47,250 nucleotides of DNA from Candidatus Saccharimonadota bacterium (GTDB lineage Bacteria > Patescibacteriota > Saccharimonadia > Saccharimonadales > JAGPDM01). Of this stretch, positions 35,717 through 46,559 are shown one piece after another. The stretch covers positions 1 to 47,250 of the forward strand of contig JAGPDM010000002.1 of NCBI GenBank assembly GCA_018057585.1, given 5' to 3'. The number at the start of each line of letters is the position of its first letter. Position 1 is the stretch's first letter. Position numbers and translations under genes: made by a program. The notes below the pieces were generated by a model. That model searched no databases. It worked only from the letters and a program-made list of their open reading frames with translations, and was not told the origin of the DNA.

Positions 35717-37654
35717 TTATTTTTTCTTCTTGGCAGATTTCTTTGGTTTGCTATCTTTGCCTTCGTCTACGACTTCGCCTTTGACTGGCTCGTCGGAATC
35801 TGAAGGTTTAACCTCAGCGTCTTTAGCGTTATCGCCTTCTTCGGATTTTTCGGCGTTAGCAGCTTCATACATCTTGGCTCCAATTGGCTGGAGTTTTTCT
35901 AGCATTGCATTCGCAGCTTTTTCTAGCTCGTTCTTATCGTCTGAGTCCTCAGCCTTTTCCGCCTCCTTGATGGCATCGTCAATTACTTGCACGTCTTCCT
36001 CGGAAAGCTTTTCTTTGTGCTCTTTCTTCATTTTCTCGCCAGTATAGATTGCATTAGCTAGTTGGTTCTTGGCTTCAACTGCTTCACGTTTTTTAGCATC
36101 TTCGTCAGCGTGTGCCTCAGCTTCTTTCTGAGCCTTTTCGATATCGTCTTTACTAAGATTGCCACTGTCTTTAATGGTAATACTCTGCTCTTTACCAGAA
36201 CCTTTGTCTTTAGCAGTGACATTTAGAATGCCGTTACTATCGATTGCAAAAGTAACTTCAACTTGAGGTACGCCTCTTGGTGCGGGTGGTAGCCCATCTA
36301 AGATGAACCTTCCGAGAGATTTGTTATCTGAACTCATTTCACGCTCGCCCTGTAGCACGTGGACCTCAACACTTGGCTGGCTATCAGCTGCAGTGGAGAA
36401 TACTTCGCTCTTACTAGATGGGATTGCCGTATTTCGTTCGATTAGCTTAGTCGTGACACCGCCTAGAGTTTCGACACCCAAGCTTAATGGTGTTACATCA
36501 ACTAAGACGATATCTTGCTTAACATCACCGGCTAGGACGCCACCTTGGACCGAAGCACCCAGTGCTACAACCTCGTCCGGATTCACGCCTTTAAGAGGAG
36601 TTTTGCCAAAGATTTCTTTAACTTTAGCCTGAACAGCAGGCATTCTTGTCATACCACCAACTAGCACTACTTCATCAATATCGCTTGGTTTTAGGCCAGC
36701 ATCTTTTAGAGCATCTTTACACGGCTTGGCTGTTTGATCGATCAGATCATTAACTAGTTTTTCAAGCTCTGCACGCTTCATTGTGTACTCAAAGTTCAAT
36801 GGACCTTCAGCCAAGAATGGTAAGTTGATTTCGCTAGCTTGAGCACTGGAAAGTTCAATCTTAGCTTTTTCGGCAGCTTCTTTTAGACGTTGCATTGCCT
36901 GCGGGTCATCCGATACGTCACGGTCGTGCTCTTTCTTGATAATGTCCATAAGGTGATTAACGATCAAGAGATCGAAATCTTCACCACCAAGGTGAGTGTC
37001 ACCATTAGTTGATTTGACTTCAAAGACGCCATCGCCAAGTTCGAGAATGGTTACATCGAAAGTACCACCACCTAGATCGTAAACAACAATCTTTTCGTCT
37101 TTATTCTTGTCTAGACCATAGGCCAGTGCCGCAGCAGTTGGTTCGTTAATAATTCTTTTAACTTCTAAACCTGCAATCTTACCTGCATCTTTCGTAGCCT
37201 GGCGTTGTGAATCGTCAAAGTAGGCCGGAACGGTTATAACTGCCTCTTTAACTTCTTCACCTAAGTAGCTTTCAGCATCAGCTTTAAGCTTGCTTAGGAT
37301 CATAGCGCTGACTTCTTCCGGGCTGTAATCTTTGCCGTTCATTTTGACCTTGGCATTGCCACCCTTGCCGTCAACAATATCAAAAGGCATCAGATGAATA
37401 TCTTTCTGAACCTGCTTGTCTTTGAACCTGCGACCAATTAGACGCTTAACTGCGTAGATAGTGTCCTTCGGATTAGTTACTCTCTGACGGTAAGCAATCT
37501 TACCAACTAGACGATTATCGTCCTTACCGATTGCAACCACACTAGGCGTTGTACGGTCACCTTCGCTATTGGCAATAATTGCTGGCTGACCAGCCTCGAC
37601 TACAGCGATTGCACTGTTAGTTGTTCCTAGATCTATTCCTATAATTTTTCCCAT
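35717..37654 (-). CDS. dnaK: molecular chaperone DnaK
   Basis: [17 protein letters not shown], full-length Hsp70. Confidence 0.98.
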   Translation of the reverse strand: MGKIIGIDLGTTNSAIAVVEAGQPAIIANSEGDRTTPSVVAIGKDDNRLVGKIAYRQRVTNPKDTIYAVKRLIGRRFKDKQVQKDIHLMPFDIVDGKGGNAKVKMNGKDYSPEEVSAMILSKLKADAESYLGEEVKEAVITVPAYFDDSQRQATKDAGKIAGLEVKRIINEPTAAALAYGLDKNKDEKIVVYDLGGGTFDVTILELGDGVFEVKSTNGDTHLGGEDFDLLIVNHLMDIIKKEHDRDVSDDPQAMQRLKEAAEKAKIELSSAQASEINLPFLAEGPLNFEYTMKRAELEKLVNDLIDQTAKPCKDALKDAGLKPSDIDEVVLVGGMTRMPAVQAKVKEIFGKTPLKGVNPDEVVALGASVQGGVLAGDVKQDIVLVDVTPLSLGVETLGGVTTKLIERNTAIPSSKSEVFSTAADSQPSVEVHVLQGEREMSSDNKSLGRFILDGLPPAPRGVPQVEVTFAIDSNGILNVTAKDKGSGKEQSITIKDSGNLSKDDIEKAQKEAEAHADEDAKKREAVEAKNQLANAIYTGEKMKKEHKEKLSEEDVQVIDDAIKEAEKAEDSDDKNELEKAANAMLEKLQPIGAKMYEAANAEKSEEGDNAKDAEVKPSDSDEPVKGEVVDEGKDSKPKKSAKKKK

Positions 37655-37677
37655 ATTATTTGTTCCTCCCTAAATAA

Positions 37678-37704
37678 TTAGCACTCGATATTGGATACTG
37701 CTAA
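37678..37704. promoter_or_regulatory. degenerate CIRCE-like inverted repeat (TTAGCACTC-N9-TACTGCTAA)
   Basis: The left arm matches the CIRCE consensus perfectly. The right arm has 2 mismatches. Confidence 0.4.
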
Positions 37705-37715
37705 GTATATCAAAC

Positions 37716-37742
37716 TTGGCACTCTCAATGCAAGAGTGCTAG
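37716..37742. promoter_or_regulatory. CIRCE operator (TTGGCACTC-N9-GAGTGCTAG) upstream of dnaK, overlapping the grpE stop
   Basis: Matches the TTAGCACTC-N9-GAGTGCTAA consensus at 16 of 18 arm positions. Confidence 0.75.
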
Positions 37743-38194
37743 CTTCTTTTAATTTTAACCATTGCGTGACGTATATTTTGCTCGGCTAGGTCGTAGCCGG
37801 CTTGAAGTTCTTCTGTGACTACCTCTTTATCACCTTCGCCCTCTACGACGACGGCTTCCATCGTTTCTGGATTATATGGCTCACCTAGAGTCTTTATCTT
37901 TGTGACGCCCATATCGCTAAGGGTCGAGATTAGGTGCTTCTGTACGCTAACTAACCCTTTAACGTATTCTGATTTAAGTAAATCTTCTGGCGTGCTTTTT
38001 ATTGCTCGATCTAGGTTGTCGATAACCGGCAATAGCTTCGTAACTACATCTCTTTTAGCAAAAGTGCCAATTGTGATTTTATCCTGCTCACTACGTCTTC
38101 TGATGTTGACAGCATCAGCCTGTGCCCGCTTTAAGTCCTCTTCAATCTCTAATATTCTCTCTGTTAATTCCTTCACCGTTGGTTTCTTACTCAT
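37739..38194 (-). CDS. grpE: nucleotide exchange factor GrpE
   Basis: 151 aa. Coiled-coil N-terminus, position between hrcA and dnaK, GrpE-like C-terminus. Confidence 0.9.
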   Translation of the reverse strand: MSKKPTVKELTERILEIEEDLKRAQADAVNIRRRSEQDKITIGTFAKRDVVTKLLPVIDNLDRAIKSTPEDLLKSEYVKGLVSVQKHLISTLSDMGVTKIKTLGEPYNPETMEAVVVEGEGDKEVVTEELQAGYDLAEQNIRHAMVKIKRS

Positions 38195-38907
38195 GCCATT
38201 GCCTCCTCTAAGCTTTCAGCTGTATGTCTTACTAAATTCATTACTTGCCTGTAGCTTTGCCTGGTCGGACCAAGCACGCCAATATAACTGCTGTCAGAAT
38301 ATGGGCTACGGAAGCGACTAATAATCAAACTGCATTGGCTGGATTTACCGATCGGATTCTCGGCACCAATGTAAACTGTTAGTGGTTCGGTTGGTGCGGC
38401 CTCACGAAGCCAGTGATCGAGGTTGTCTAGAAGATAGCCAACAGCCCGCATTCCGGTACCATCGATGAATTCTGGCTGGGTGAATAATTGTTCTAATCCA
38501 CGAGTGTAAATTGTCGGTCCCATCGTTGCTAGGCCAACGTTCTTGGTCATTTCTGAGAGAGTATTTACTGCACTTCGTATGGCTTGCTCTGGCTTGTCAG
38601 CATGCACCACTCGACGGTCAATGACTTTGCCGGCTCTAAGCGACGTCGGCTGTTTAATTACTGGATTTTCCTCGGTGATTCCATTTACATAAAATCTATA
38701 GCCACGATCTGTTGGGATACGACCTGCGCTTGTATGTGGCTGTTCGATATAACCAAGTATCTCTAGCTTAACCATTTCTGATCTGATGGTGGCTGGACTG
38801 ACGCCAAAGAGCTTCGCGAGCACGACACTACCAACTGGCGATGCTACTTCGGCATACTGCTCTACTATGGCCGCCAATATTTGTTGCTGTCGTTTCGATA
38901 TGTCCAT
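38191..38907 (-). CDS. hrcA: heat-inducible transcription repressor HrcA (short, 238 aa)
   Basis: N-terminal wHTH (ILAAIVEQYAEVASPVGS), first gene of the operon, CIRCE upstream. Confidence 0.85.
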   Translation of the reverse strand: MDISKRQQQILAAIVEQYAEVASPVGSVVLAKLFGVSPATIRSEMVKLEILGYIEQPHTSAGRIPTDRGYRFYVNGITEENPVIKQPTSLRAGKVIDRRVVHADKPEQAIRSAVNTLSEMTKNVGLATMGPTIYTRGLEQLFTQPEFIDGTGMRAVGYLLDNLDHWLREAAPTEPLTVYIGAENPIGKSSQCSLIISRFRSPYSDSSYIGVLGPTRQSYRQVMNLVRHTAESLEEAMA

Positions 38908-38959
38908 AATTTTTTTGAATCTGTACTCATAAGTACAAAACGGTTACATGCTTATTATT

Positions 38960-38986
38960 CTAGCACTTAGAGGCTTAGAGTGCCAA
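38960..38986. promoter_or_regulatory. CIRCE operator (CTAGCACTT-N9-GAGTGCCAA) upstream of hrcA
   Basis: Inverted repeat 53 nt upstream of the hrcA start, close to the CIRCE consensus. Confidence 0.7.
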
Positions 38987-38987
38987 C

Positions 38988-39692
38988 TTATTTATCTAAA
39001 CGCTCAAGCAAGTGTTCCGCAACAGATCTTCCAGATCTGTCATCTTCGCCACTAGCGATGATATTTTTGGCGACCTCGACCGATCTGGCTAGTCCGTCAT
39101 TAACTAAAAAATGGAAGTAATCTGCCCGAAGAGCGGTCTTTAACTCCAGCTTGGCAGTTTCTAGCCTTTGCTTCTGGTCCTCGTCTGAAACCTTACCCCT
39201 GCTATCTAGACGACTCATCCATATGTCATAGCTTGGTGGCAGTATAAATATAGCCTTAGCATCTGGTTTCGCATTCATAATCTCTTCCACGCCCTGGACT
39301 TCTATCTCCAGAAGTGGCGTTTTACCACTTGCTTGGGCTTTAGACAGCTCGTCAATACTGGTTCCATAAACATAAGATTCGTGGACCCATTTTGCTTCAA
39401 TGAACTCGCCTGCATCTAGCTTGGTGGACATCTCTTGCTCGTCCATGAACCAGTAATTAATACCATTTTTCTCAAGTTGACCATTATTGATCCTTGGTTT
39501 TCTAGTCGTGTGGCTAACTACGTAATGGAACTTACCAGTTTTGAGTAGCTCCTCGATGATTGTATTTTTACCACCACCAGATATGCTGACCATCATGACT
39601 ATATCCGTGTTATTCAGTATTTCCTGACTGGAAGTACTCATCTGGTAATCATCAATTTTAATTTTAAGCGAGCTCATAATCACATTATACAA
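38988..39692 (-). CDS. guanylate kinase-like P-loop protein
   Basis: SISGGGKNT P-loop and SHTTRKPR...G..YWF motif. The start may be an internal Met. Confidence 0.65.
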   Translation of the reverse strand: MYNVIMSSLKIKIDDYQMSTSSQEILNNTDIVMMVSISGGGKNTIIEELLKTGKFHYVVSHTTRKPRINNGQLEKNGINYWFMDEQEMSTKLDAGEFIEAKWVHESYVYGTSIDELSKAQASGKTPLLEIEVQGVEEIMNAKPDAKAIFILPPSYDIWMSRLDSRGKVSDEDQKQRLETAKLELKTALRADYFHFLVNDGLARSVEVAKNIIASGEDDRSGRSVAEHLLERLDK

Positions 39693-41474
39693 TCAATCTC
39701 TACGGAGTAGTGCGCTAAAGGCTTCTGGTGGTATTTCGACTTTACCGAATTTTTTCATTCGTTGCTTACCCTTTTTCTGTTTAGCCCAGAGCTTTTTCTT
39801 GCGAGATACATCGCCACCATAGAGATGGCCGGTGACATTCTTACCCATAGCTTTTATATCTTCACGAGCAATAATCTTTCCACCTATTGCCGCCTGAACT
39901 GCGATCTCGAACAGCTGTCTAGGTATAACATCTTTCATTTTAGAAACATATTCTCGTCCTCGACTTTGAGCCTCGCTCCGATGCACCATCTGACTTAGAG
40001 AATCCACAACCTCACCAGCTACAAGCAGATCTAACTTAACTAAGTCTTCAGCCTTATAACCTGATAGCTCGTAATTAAAACTACCATAACCACTGGTCGA
40101 GCTTTTAAGATTGTCGTAAAAATCAGTCAACATATTGGCGAGCGGAGCTTGGAAGGTTATAAGGGCAATTGCGTCATCAAGATAGCTAATATTATCCTGC
40201 AATCCTCGAGCTCCAACGATTAGCTCTAGAACCTTACCGAGATACTCTTTAGGTACTACAATCTCACCTTTTATCCATGGTTCTCGGATTTCACTAATCT
40301 GAGTCGGATCTGGTAAATCTCCAGCACTCTTAAGCTGTAAATCCTCACCAGAGGTCAGTTCAATCTCATAGTCTGTACTTGGGTTGGTGATGATTAGCTC
40401 GATATTATTATCACGCTCTAACCGTTCCTTAACAATCTCCATGTGGAGCAATCCCAAAAAGCCGACTCGAAAGCCGTTGCCAAGAACAGCACTGCTCTCG
40501 TTTTCCCAGACTAAAGCAGCATCGCTTAGTTTTAACTTGGACAATGCATCTTTAAGTTGCGGATATTCATCAGCGCTTGACGGGTAAAGACCAGCATAAA
40601 CAAATGGTTTTACCTCTTGATAGCCAGCAAGTGGCTCAGTTGCAGCATCCTTTTCCAGAGTTAGAGTATCGCCAACCCGAGCTTCTGCGACCGACTTGAG
40701 ATTTGTCACTACATAGCCGATTTGGCCTCGCTCTAAGCTATCTAGTTTATTTTCTTTCGGTATTAATGCCCCGACCTCTAGCGCTTCGCCAGCAACATCC
40801 GTAGCCATCATCCTGATATTTGAACGGCTTGGCAGTTCCCCGTCAAAGACTCGCAAATAAAGTACAACCCCCCTGTACTCATCATAAAAACTATCAAACA
40901 CTAAAGCTCTTGTTTGGGTGGTTTGAGTCAATTTTGGCTCAGGAATTTGCTCGATAATTGCATCTAATATTTGATCGACATTTTTGCCAGTTTTGGCACT
41001 GACTTCGATAATCTCGCTACGCTCACAGCCAAGCAGGTTCATAACCTCGGAGGCAACTCGATCTGGATCGGCTGCTGGCAAATCAATTTTATTAAGCACT
41101 GGAATTATCTTCAGATCATGCTCCATTGCGAGATAAACATTAGCAAGCGTTTGTGCCTGAATGCCTTGGCTAGCATCTACGACCAATAACGCACCTTCGA
41201 CAGCCGCCAGACTACGGCTAACCTCGTAACTGAAGTCCACATGCCCCGGAGTGTCGATTAGGTTTAAAGTGTAGCCTTTGTATCGCATCCTAACAGGAGT
41301 TAGCTTGATAGTTATGCCCTTTTCGCGCTCCAAATCCATACCATCAAGCATTTGGGCACGCATGTCTCGCTTCTGCACAGTACCTGTCATCTCTAACAGA
41401 CGGTCAGCCAGCGTAGATTTGCCGTGATCTATATGGGCAATAATGCATAGATTTCTAATGTCACTAGTCTTCAT
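39693..41474 (-). CDS. lepA: elongation factor 4 (LepA)
   Basis: AHIDHGKST, DTPGHVDF, NKID, and the LepA-specific C-terminus. Confidence 0.97.
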   Translation of the reverse strand: MKTSDIRNLCIIAHIDHGKSTLADRLLEMTGTVQKRDMRAQMLDGMDLEREKGITIKLTPVRMRYKGYTLNLIDTPGHVDFSYEVSRSLAAVEGALLVVDASQGIQAQTLANVYLAMEHDLKIIPVLNKIDLPAADPDRVASEVMNLLGCERSEIIEVSAKTGKNVDQILDAIIEQIPEPKLTQTTQTRALVFDSFYDEYRGVVLYLRVFDGELPSRSNIRMMATDVAGEALEVGALIPKENKLDSLERGQIGYVVTNLKSVAEARVGDTLTLEKDAATEPLAGYQEVKPFVYAGLYPSSADEYPQLKDALSKLKLSDAALVWENESSAVLGNGFRVGFLGLLHMEIVKERLERDNNIELIITNPSTDYEIELTSGEDLQLKSAGDLPDPTQISEIREPWIKGEIVVPKEYLGKVLELIVGARGLQDNISYLDDAIALITFQAPLANMLTDFYDNLKSSTSGYGSFNYELSGYKAEDLVKLDLLVAGEVVDSLSQMVHRSEAQSRGREYVSKMKDVIPRQLFEIAVQAAIGGKIIAREDIKAMGKNVTGHLYGGDVSRKKKLWAKQKKGKQRMKKFGKVEIPPEAFSALLRRD

Positions 41475-41514
41475 AACTATCTATTCTAACAGAGGCGAGG
41501 CCGTGACCGTAATA

Positions 41515-43119
41515 TTACTTAAAATCTGATATGTTTAGTGGTTTAAATATCTTTGTTTTTACTAGATCAATAAATAGATTAGCCTGCTTTAGTTTCAGAA
41601 CAACACCCGCTGCTACATAAGTAACACCGCTTGCCATAAGAATTGCCATAAATTGAGGCGCTAAAACGAAAAAGCCAACATTATCTACTCTTAGTGGGAA
41701 TACGAAACGCACCATCAAATAAGTTACGATTGCCATTGCAAATGTAGCAAGTCCGATCCGCATAACTGCATTTATAAACTTAGCAGTGATTATATGACCC
41801 AATCGCTTATGTAGTATATAGGTCAGGATGACTGCCTCAACGACGGCTACGACCGACTGAGCCAGTGCCAGTCCGCTTATGCTGTTACGGAAAAGATCAG
41901 CAAACAAAAAGGCAAGCACTATATTAAGTCCAATGGCTATAAACGAGACGTTCAGTGGTGTCTTAGTGTCCTTCTGTGCATAGAAGGCTCTAGTTAGAGA
42001 ATGGAACAGTGCCCTAAAGACGATCGCCACAGAGAACCAACCTAAAGCACTAGCAACAACGGCATTACCCTGCCCGATATATAGTCGCACCAGATAGCCA
42101 CGCATAATGAAGGCGATTACGGCCGCCGGCAAAGCAAACCACAAAATACTGCCTAGGACGTCCTTGATCGAATCGGCGAATTTCGCCTTACTGTCATTGG
42201 CAGCACTGGCTGAGATTGACGGGAAAGACGCAGTCGCAATCGCTACGCCAATCAGTATTATTGGTTGGCTCTGCAAGTTGAATGCATATGAATAAGTAGT
42301 TATAGATCCAGCGATAAAGAAGCTAGCAATAAATCTCTCCACCATCGCGTTTATAGCATCGAGTCCTTGATCTAAGCTTCTCGGTAGTAGCATTTTTAGG
42401 ACTTGCTTGAAGCCTATGTTCCTCCAGAATATTTTTGGTTTGTAATCAAAACCTAGACCAATCATGCCAATTACGTGGATTAATAGCTGTACAATTGAGC
42501 CCATGGCTAGTCCCAGTGCTACGCCGATTATCCCTAAGTGTGGGGCTAAGGTTATGATCCCAATTATTGTTCCAAAATTATAAAAGACCGGTGCAGTAGC
42601 AAAGAAGAAGAACCGACCACTCGCCTGTTGCATTGATCCAAGCACAGTACTAATCGCAAAAACAAATGGATTAATAGCTATTATCCTCATAACAGCAACT
42701 GCTAAATCATGTCTTGGTCCATCACCAAATCCCTTTGCGATCACATGAATCAACGGTCCAGCAAATATAAATATGATTATACTGCTTGCCAAAGTCACTA
42801 ATGCCATCAAGTTGATGACACTGGATGATAATTCCCAAGCAGATTTTTTGTTCCCGCTCTGCATTCTCTCAACAAAAACTGGTATGAAAGTCACACTCAA
42901 GGCTCCGGTAACTAAGAAGTAGTAGAGGAGATCAGGTAATGAAAAAGCAGCGATATAGGCCTCAAGCGATGGACTATTGATGCCAAACCTAGCGACAAGC
43001 AATCTATCACGAAGCAAGCCAAGAATAGCACTGGCAAGGTATGAACCACTGATTATTGCGGCGGCCATGCCGACAGATATTTTCGAGTTGATTTTTGTAA
43101 AGAAGCTCATCGTTAACAC
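41515..43119 (-). CDS. murJ: lipid II flippase MurJ (MviN family)
   Basis: 534 aa, 14-TM MOP-type protein. N-terminal GLLRDRLLVARFG is typical of MurJ. Confidence 0.88.
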   Translation of the reverse strand: MLTMSFFTKINSKISVGMAAAIISGSYLASAILGLLRDRLLVARFGINSPSLEAYIAAFSLPDLLYYFLVTGALSVTFIPVFVERMQSGNKKSAWELSSSVINLMALVTLASSIIIFIFAGPLIHVIAKGFGDGPRHDLAVAVMRIIAINPFVFAISTVLGSMQQASGRFFFFATAPVFYNFGTIIGIITLAPHLGIIGVALGLAMGSIVQLLIHVIGMIGLGFDYKPKIFWRNIGFKQVLKMLLPRSLDQGLDAINAMVERFIASFFIAGSITTYSYAFNLQSQPIILIGVAIATASFPSISASAANDSKAKFADSIKDVLGSILWFALPAAVIAFIMRGYLVRLYIGQGNAVVASALGWFSVAIVFRALFHSLTRAFYAQKDTKTPLNVSFIAIGLNIVLAFLFADLFRNSISGLALAQSVVAVVEAVILTYILHKRLGHIITAKFINAVMRIGLATFAMAIVTYLMVRFVFPLRVDNVGFFVLAPQFMAILMASGVTYVAAGVVLKLKQANLFIDLVKTKIFKPLNISDFK

Positions 43120-43142
43120 TAATTTTAACAGATTTGTGTGTC

Positions 43143-43330
43143 ATATTTTGTAAATATCTATTAATGATACTTGCGTCGACAAGTACCTCAATCTCGTGGG
43201 CTGGTCATAACTCTTGAGATGTTCATTGTGATAGCGACAATGACTGGAACAGAATATGTGACTAGCCCAGTGTTTAGCGACACTTAACTGCACAGGTGTC
43301 GTTAGATTTGTTTCCTTTCTAAAGAAAGGA
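43143..43330. repeat. structured dyad-symmetric intergenic element, copy 4 (shorter, palindromised variant)
   Basis: The right arm (43262-43330) is collinear with the 3' module of copies 1-3. The left arm (43163-43225) matches the reverse complement of that same module (about 36 of 45 positions against copy 2). A/T hairpins at both ends. Confidence 0.7.
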
Positions 43331-43335
43331 TAGCT

Positions 43336-45171
43336 CTATTCAGCTAGTGCAACTGTTTTTGGGACAATGCTGCCTGCAAATATTTTTAGAACATCGTCTG
43401 CGTCGACTGTCTCTTTTTCTAATAGAATGTCTGCTAGTTTCTTTAAGTATGGCTTGTTGGCGTTTATAACGTCTTCAGCACGTCTTGCAGCCTCTTGAAT
43501 CAGACCTTCAACTTCTGTATCAATCACTTTAGCAGTGTCTTCTGAGTACGGCTTATCATGAACCATACGGTCAAACATCAAGCCGCTATTTTGGTCTGTA
43601 TTAAACACGATGTCGCGTAGTTTCTCGCCCATCCCCTGCTCAACTATCATTTCTCTTGCTAACTCAGATGCTTTTTTAAGATCAGATCCAGCACCGGTAG
43701 TAACGCTATTAACACCGTAAATAACTTTCTCGGCGATTCTACCGCCTAAGATACGAGCTAATACATCTTTGTAGTCATTAATAGAATGGTAGCTTTTATC
43801 TTCTGGTGGGATTGCCCAGGTCACGCCACCAGTACCACCGCGTGGGATAATGGTCACTTTGTGGATTGGATCGCTTAACGGTAATACGTGTCCAACAAGT
43901 GCATGACCAGCTTCATGATAAGCGGTCATTTCCTTTTCTTTTTCGTTCATTATCTTGTTCTTGCGTTCTGGACCGATAGCTACCTTTTCAAAAGCTTCGG
44001 TAACATCAAGATTGTCGATCATTTTTTTATCACGGCTGGCGGCAATAATGGCAGATTCATTAGCCATGTTAGCGAGATCAGCACCACTGCTACCAGCAGT
44101 TTTAGCGGCAAGTGAGCCAAGGTCAACATCGTCGGCCACTGGCTTGCCTTTGAAATGAACTCGCAAGATTGCTTCACGATCCTTACGATCAGGCAAAGTT
44201 ATATTAACTCGACGGTCAAAACGGCCAGGACGCAATAAGGCTGGATCGAGTACGTCAGCTCGGTTAGTTGCTGCCAACACGATCACATTTGAATCACCTT
44301 CGAAGCCATCCATTTCAGTTAAAATCTGATTGAGAGTCTGCTCACGTTCATCATGGCCGCCACCCATTCCAGAACCTCTACGACGGCCAACGGCATCGAT
44401 TTCGTCGATAAATATAATACATGGTGAATTCTTCTTAGCCTTGCTAAACATGTCACGGACACGACTAGCACCAACACCTACAAACATCTCAACGAACTCT
44501 GAACCACTAATGCTAAAGAACGGAACACCAGCCTCACCGGCAACGGCCCGTGCAAGTAGCGTTTTGCCAGTACCAGGAGAACCAACTAACAGCACACCTT
44601 TTGGTATTTTGGCACCCATTTTTTGAAACTTCTTAGGATATTTCAAAAACTGCACAACTTCCGCAAGATCGTCTTTTGCCTCGTCGTTACCTGCTATCTC
44701 GGTGAAATCTACCTTCTTTTTATCTGTTCCGTAGACTCGTGCCTTAGATTTACCGAAACTCATTGCCTGATTGCCCTGGCCTTGAGCATTCTTCATCATG
44801 AAGTAGAAGAATCCAATTATGATAAACACGCTAATGAAGGGTGCGGCTAAGCTGACGCCGGTAGCAAAGCTAGTGCTCTCTGGCTTGACGCTATAATTGA
44901 ACTTGCTAGTATCAACGCCAAGCTCTTTGAGCGAAACATTTGGCTCTTTACGGCTCTTTAGAGTTGGTTTGTCTTTTCCTTCAGTCGTGATCTCTAATAC
45001 GTCACCACGCTGCGTAACTGTAGCAATTTCGCCGTCTTTGGCTCTGCTTGATAGCTCGCTGATGCTTATATCTTTAAGATCAGGGCTTTGTTGCCCGACT
45101 AAATAGACAAGCCCAATCAGTATTAAGGTTGCTATTAAAAACCCGGTTGCTCTTGATGATTTATTTTTCAT
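43336..45171 (-). CDS. ftsH: ATP-dependent zinc metalloprotease FtsH
   Basis: GSPGTGKT Walker A, the AAA second region of homology, HEAGH zinc motif. Confidence 0.97.
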   Translation of the reverse strand: MKNKSSRATGFLIATLILIGLVYLVGQQSPDLKDISISELSSRAKDGEIATVTQRGDVLEITTEGKDKPTLKSRKEPNVSLKELGVDTSKFNYSVKPESTSFATGVSLAAPFISVFIIIGFFYFMMKNAQGQGNQAMSFGKSKARVYGTDKKKVDFTEIAGNDEAKDDLAEVVQFLKYPKKFQKMGAKIPKGVLLVGSPGTGKTLLARAVAGEAGVPFFSISGSEFVEMFVGVGASRVRDMFSKAKKNSPCIIFIDEIDAVGRRRGSGMGGGHDEREQTLNQILTEMDGFEGDSNVIVLAATNRADVLDPALLRPGRFDRRVNITLPDRKDREAILRVHFKGKPVADDVDLGSLAAKTAGSSGADLANMANESAIIAASRDKKMIDNLDVTEAFEKVAIGPERKNKIMNEKEKEMTAYHEAGHALVGHVLPLSDPIHKVTIIPRGGTGGVTWAIPPEDKSYHSINDYKDVLARILGGRIAEKVIYGVNSVTTGAGSDLKKASELAREMIVEQGMGEKLRDIVFNTDQNSGLMFDRMVHDKPYSEDTAKVIDTEVEGLIQEAARRAEDVINANKPYLKKLADILLEKETVDADDVLKIFAGSIVPKTVALAE

Positions 45172-45236
45172 GTTCTTCTATATTACCAGAGCTGTGATTA
45201 TTTAACAGACTAAAATTTATAAAAAAAGCTAATTTA

Positions 45237-46148
45237 TTAATCTGATATAAATAATTCTAGGTGAGTTTTAGTAAGTTTAGCTTTTATATTCTTACTTATA
45301 TCATGCAATTTATTTGAATCATTCCTTTGTGCGAACTCCACAAGCAGGTCTATCGTATGTTTTTGAATCTTCTGCTTCTTGTGTACTACTCCAAGAGAAT
45401 CAAGACTTTTGCGTAAAACTTCCCCAAGGACTTTCTCGTCTAGATATCTAATCTTAGAACGATCAAAAATAAGTCTGTCTGACTGTTGGCTCACTAGACG
45501 CTCGTAAGCTACCGATAAATCTAGGTCTATTTGTTTATTAATAGCATCAACAGAACTCAGTAATTCATGGAGTTGTTGATTCCTATTGAGTCTTGGAATA
45601 TGGGAGTTTCTTACTCGATTGCGCAGATATTTCATGCTGTGATTCGTACTGTCCTCGACGAATTCTAGATTATTTTCAGCAGCATATTCGTATATGTTTT
45701 GTTTCGTACGGTTGATTAATGGTCTCTTAAACAGATCTGTTTGTTTTAACACACTTAATCCCCGCCTGCCGCTACCTCGTAACAAGTTTATAATCTGGGT
45801 TTCAAGGATGTCATCAAGATGATGCCCTGTCGCCACGGCAGCATCATGTTGCTTCTGAAGATCCTTCAGAAAGTTCCAACGTGCCGTGCGAGCATCTGCC
45901 TCATTGACGTCTTTGCCTAGATTGGCAATACCTAGTTCGAACTTAAGGCCGTAGTTTCCAGCCAATTCAGCCACAAACCTAGCATCAGCCATGCTATCGT
46001 CACGGATTCCATGCTCAAAATGTGCCACAATTAGCTCTGAGCTGTCAGCTTCAGCAAACCCATCCGCAGCAGCCAAAGAGTGTAACATTACAACCGAATC
46101 AATCCCACCGCTAACAGCTAAAATCAATCTCAAAATATTCCTTTCCAC
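45237..46148 (-). CDS. tilS: tRNA(Ile)-lysidine synthase TilS (short form)
   Basis: SGGIDS PP-loop, 303 aa, conserved position upstream of ftsH. Confidence 0.88.
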   Translation of the reverse strand: MERNILRLILAVSGGIDSVVMLHSLAAADGFAEADSSELIVAHFEHGIRDDSMADARFVAELAGNYGLKFELGIANLGKDVNEADARTARWNFLKDLQKQHDAAVATGHHLDDILETQIINLLRGSGRRGLSVLKQTDLFKRPLINRTKQNIYEYAAENNLEFVEDSTNHSMKYLRNRVRNSHIPRLNRNQQLHELLSSVDAINKQIDLDLSVAYERLVSQQSDRLIFDRSKIRYLDEKVLGEVLRKSLDSLGVVHKKQKIQKHTIDLLVEFAQRNDSNKLHDISKNIKAKLTKTHLELFISD

Positions 46149-46335
46149 TACCAGAGGTAGCTAATATTTGCTATAGTAGTCTACACTCATTAATCTATTT
46201 ATTGAGTGTATCAAAATAACTAATCCAACGAAGTGATTGGTTATTTTAGAGGAGAAACTGCGTAATATCGTAGCAACCAAAGCAGAGCGAAGCTGGTGTT
46301 TGGTTGCGGGGGTGTGAAGCAGATTTCGACGACGT

Positions 46336-46412
46336 GGCGGCGTAGCTCAGTTGGTTAGAGCGCAGGACTCATAAGCCTGAGGTCGGAGGTTCGAGCCCTC
46401 TCGCCGCTACCA
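46336..46412 (+). tRNA. tRNA with anticodon CAU (elongator Met or Ile2; not initiator-like), CCA encoded
   Basis: GGCGGCG/CGCCGCT acceptor (G1-U72), CAGGA-CTCATAA-GCCTG anticodon arm, GGAGG-TTCGAGC-CCTCT T arm. Lacks the three G-C pairs of an initiator anticodon stem. Confidence 0.9.
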
Positions 46413-46419
46413 TGAATAG

Positions 46420-46444
46420 ATCCAGCCTTGTGCTGGATTTTTTC
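46420..46444 (+). terminator. intrinsic terminator after tRNA(CAU)
   Basis: ATCCAGC-cttgt-GCTGGAT followed by TTTTT. Confidence 0.8.
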
Positions 46445-46534
46445 ATGGTTAACGATGAGCATTTCCTAAGAGAACTTTCTGATGCGAGCTATGCTTGCAA
46501 TAATTAAATTCTGAGCCTGCAGAATTTAGGCAGT

Positions 46535-46550
46535 CCTCTCGCTGCTACCA
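46535..46550. repeat. 16-nt near-duplicate of the tRNA(CAU) 3' end (CCTCTCGCTGCTACCA; 1 mismatch)
   Basis: Compare 46397-46412, CCTCTCGCCGCTACCA. Confidence 0.8.
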
Positions 46551-46559
46551 AATTAATAT

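Noticed and set aside
35730-36632. Long antisense ORFs within dnaK (105 and 109 aa), and similar ones in ftsH, dnaJ, comEC, ruvB and yebC.
   Set aside because: These are shadow ORFs opposite well-supported conserved genes. They have low-complexity Ser/Leu-rich translations and no start-site signals.
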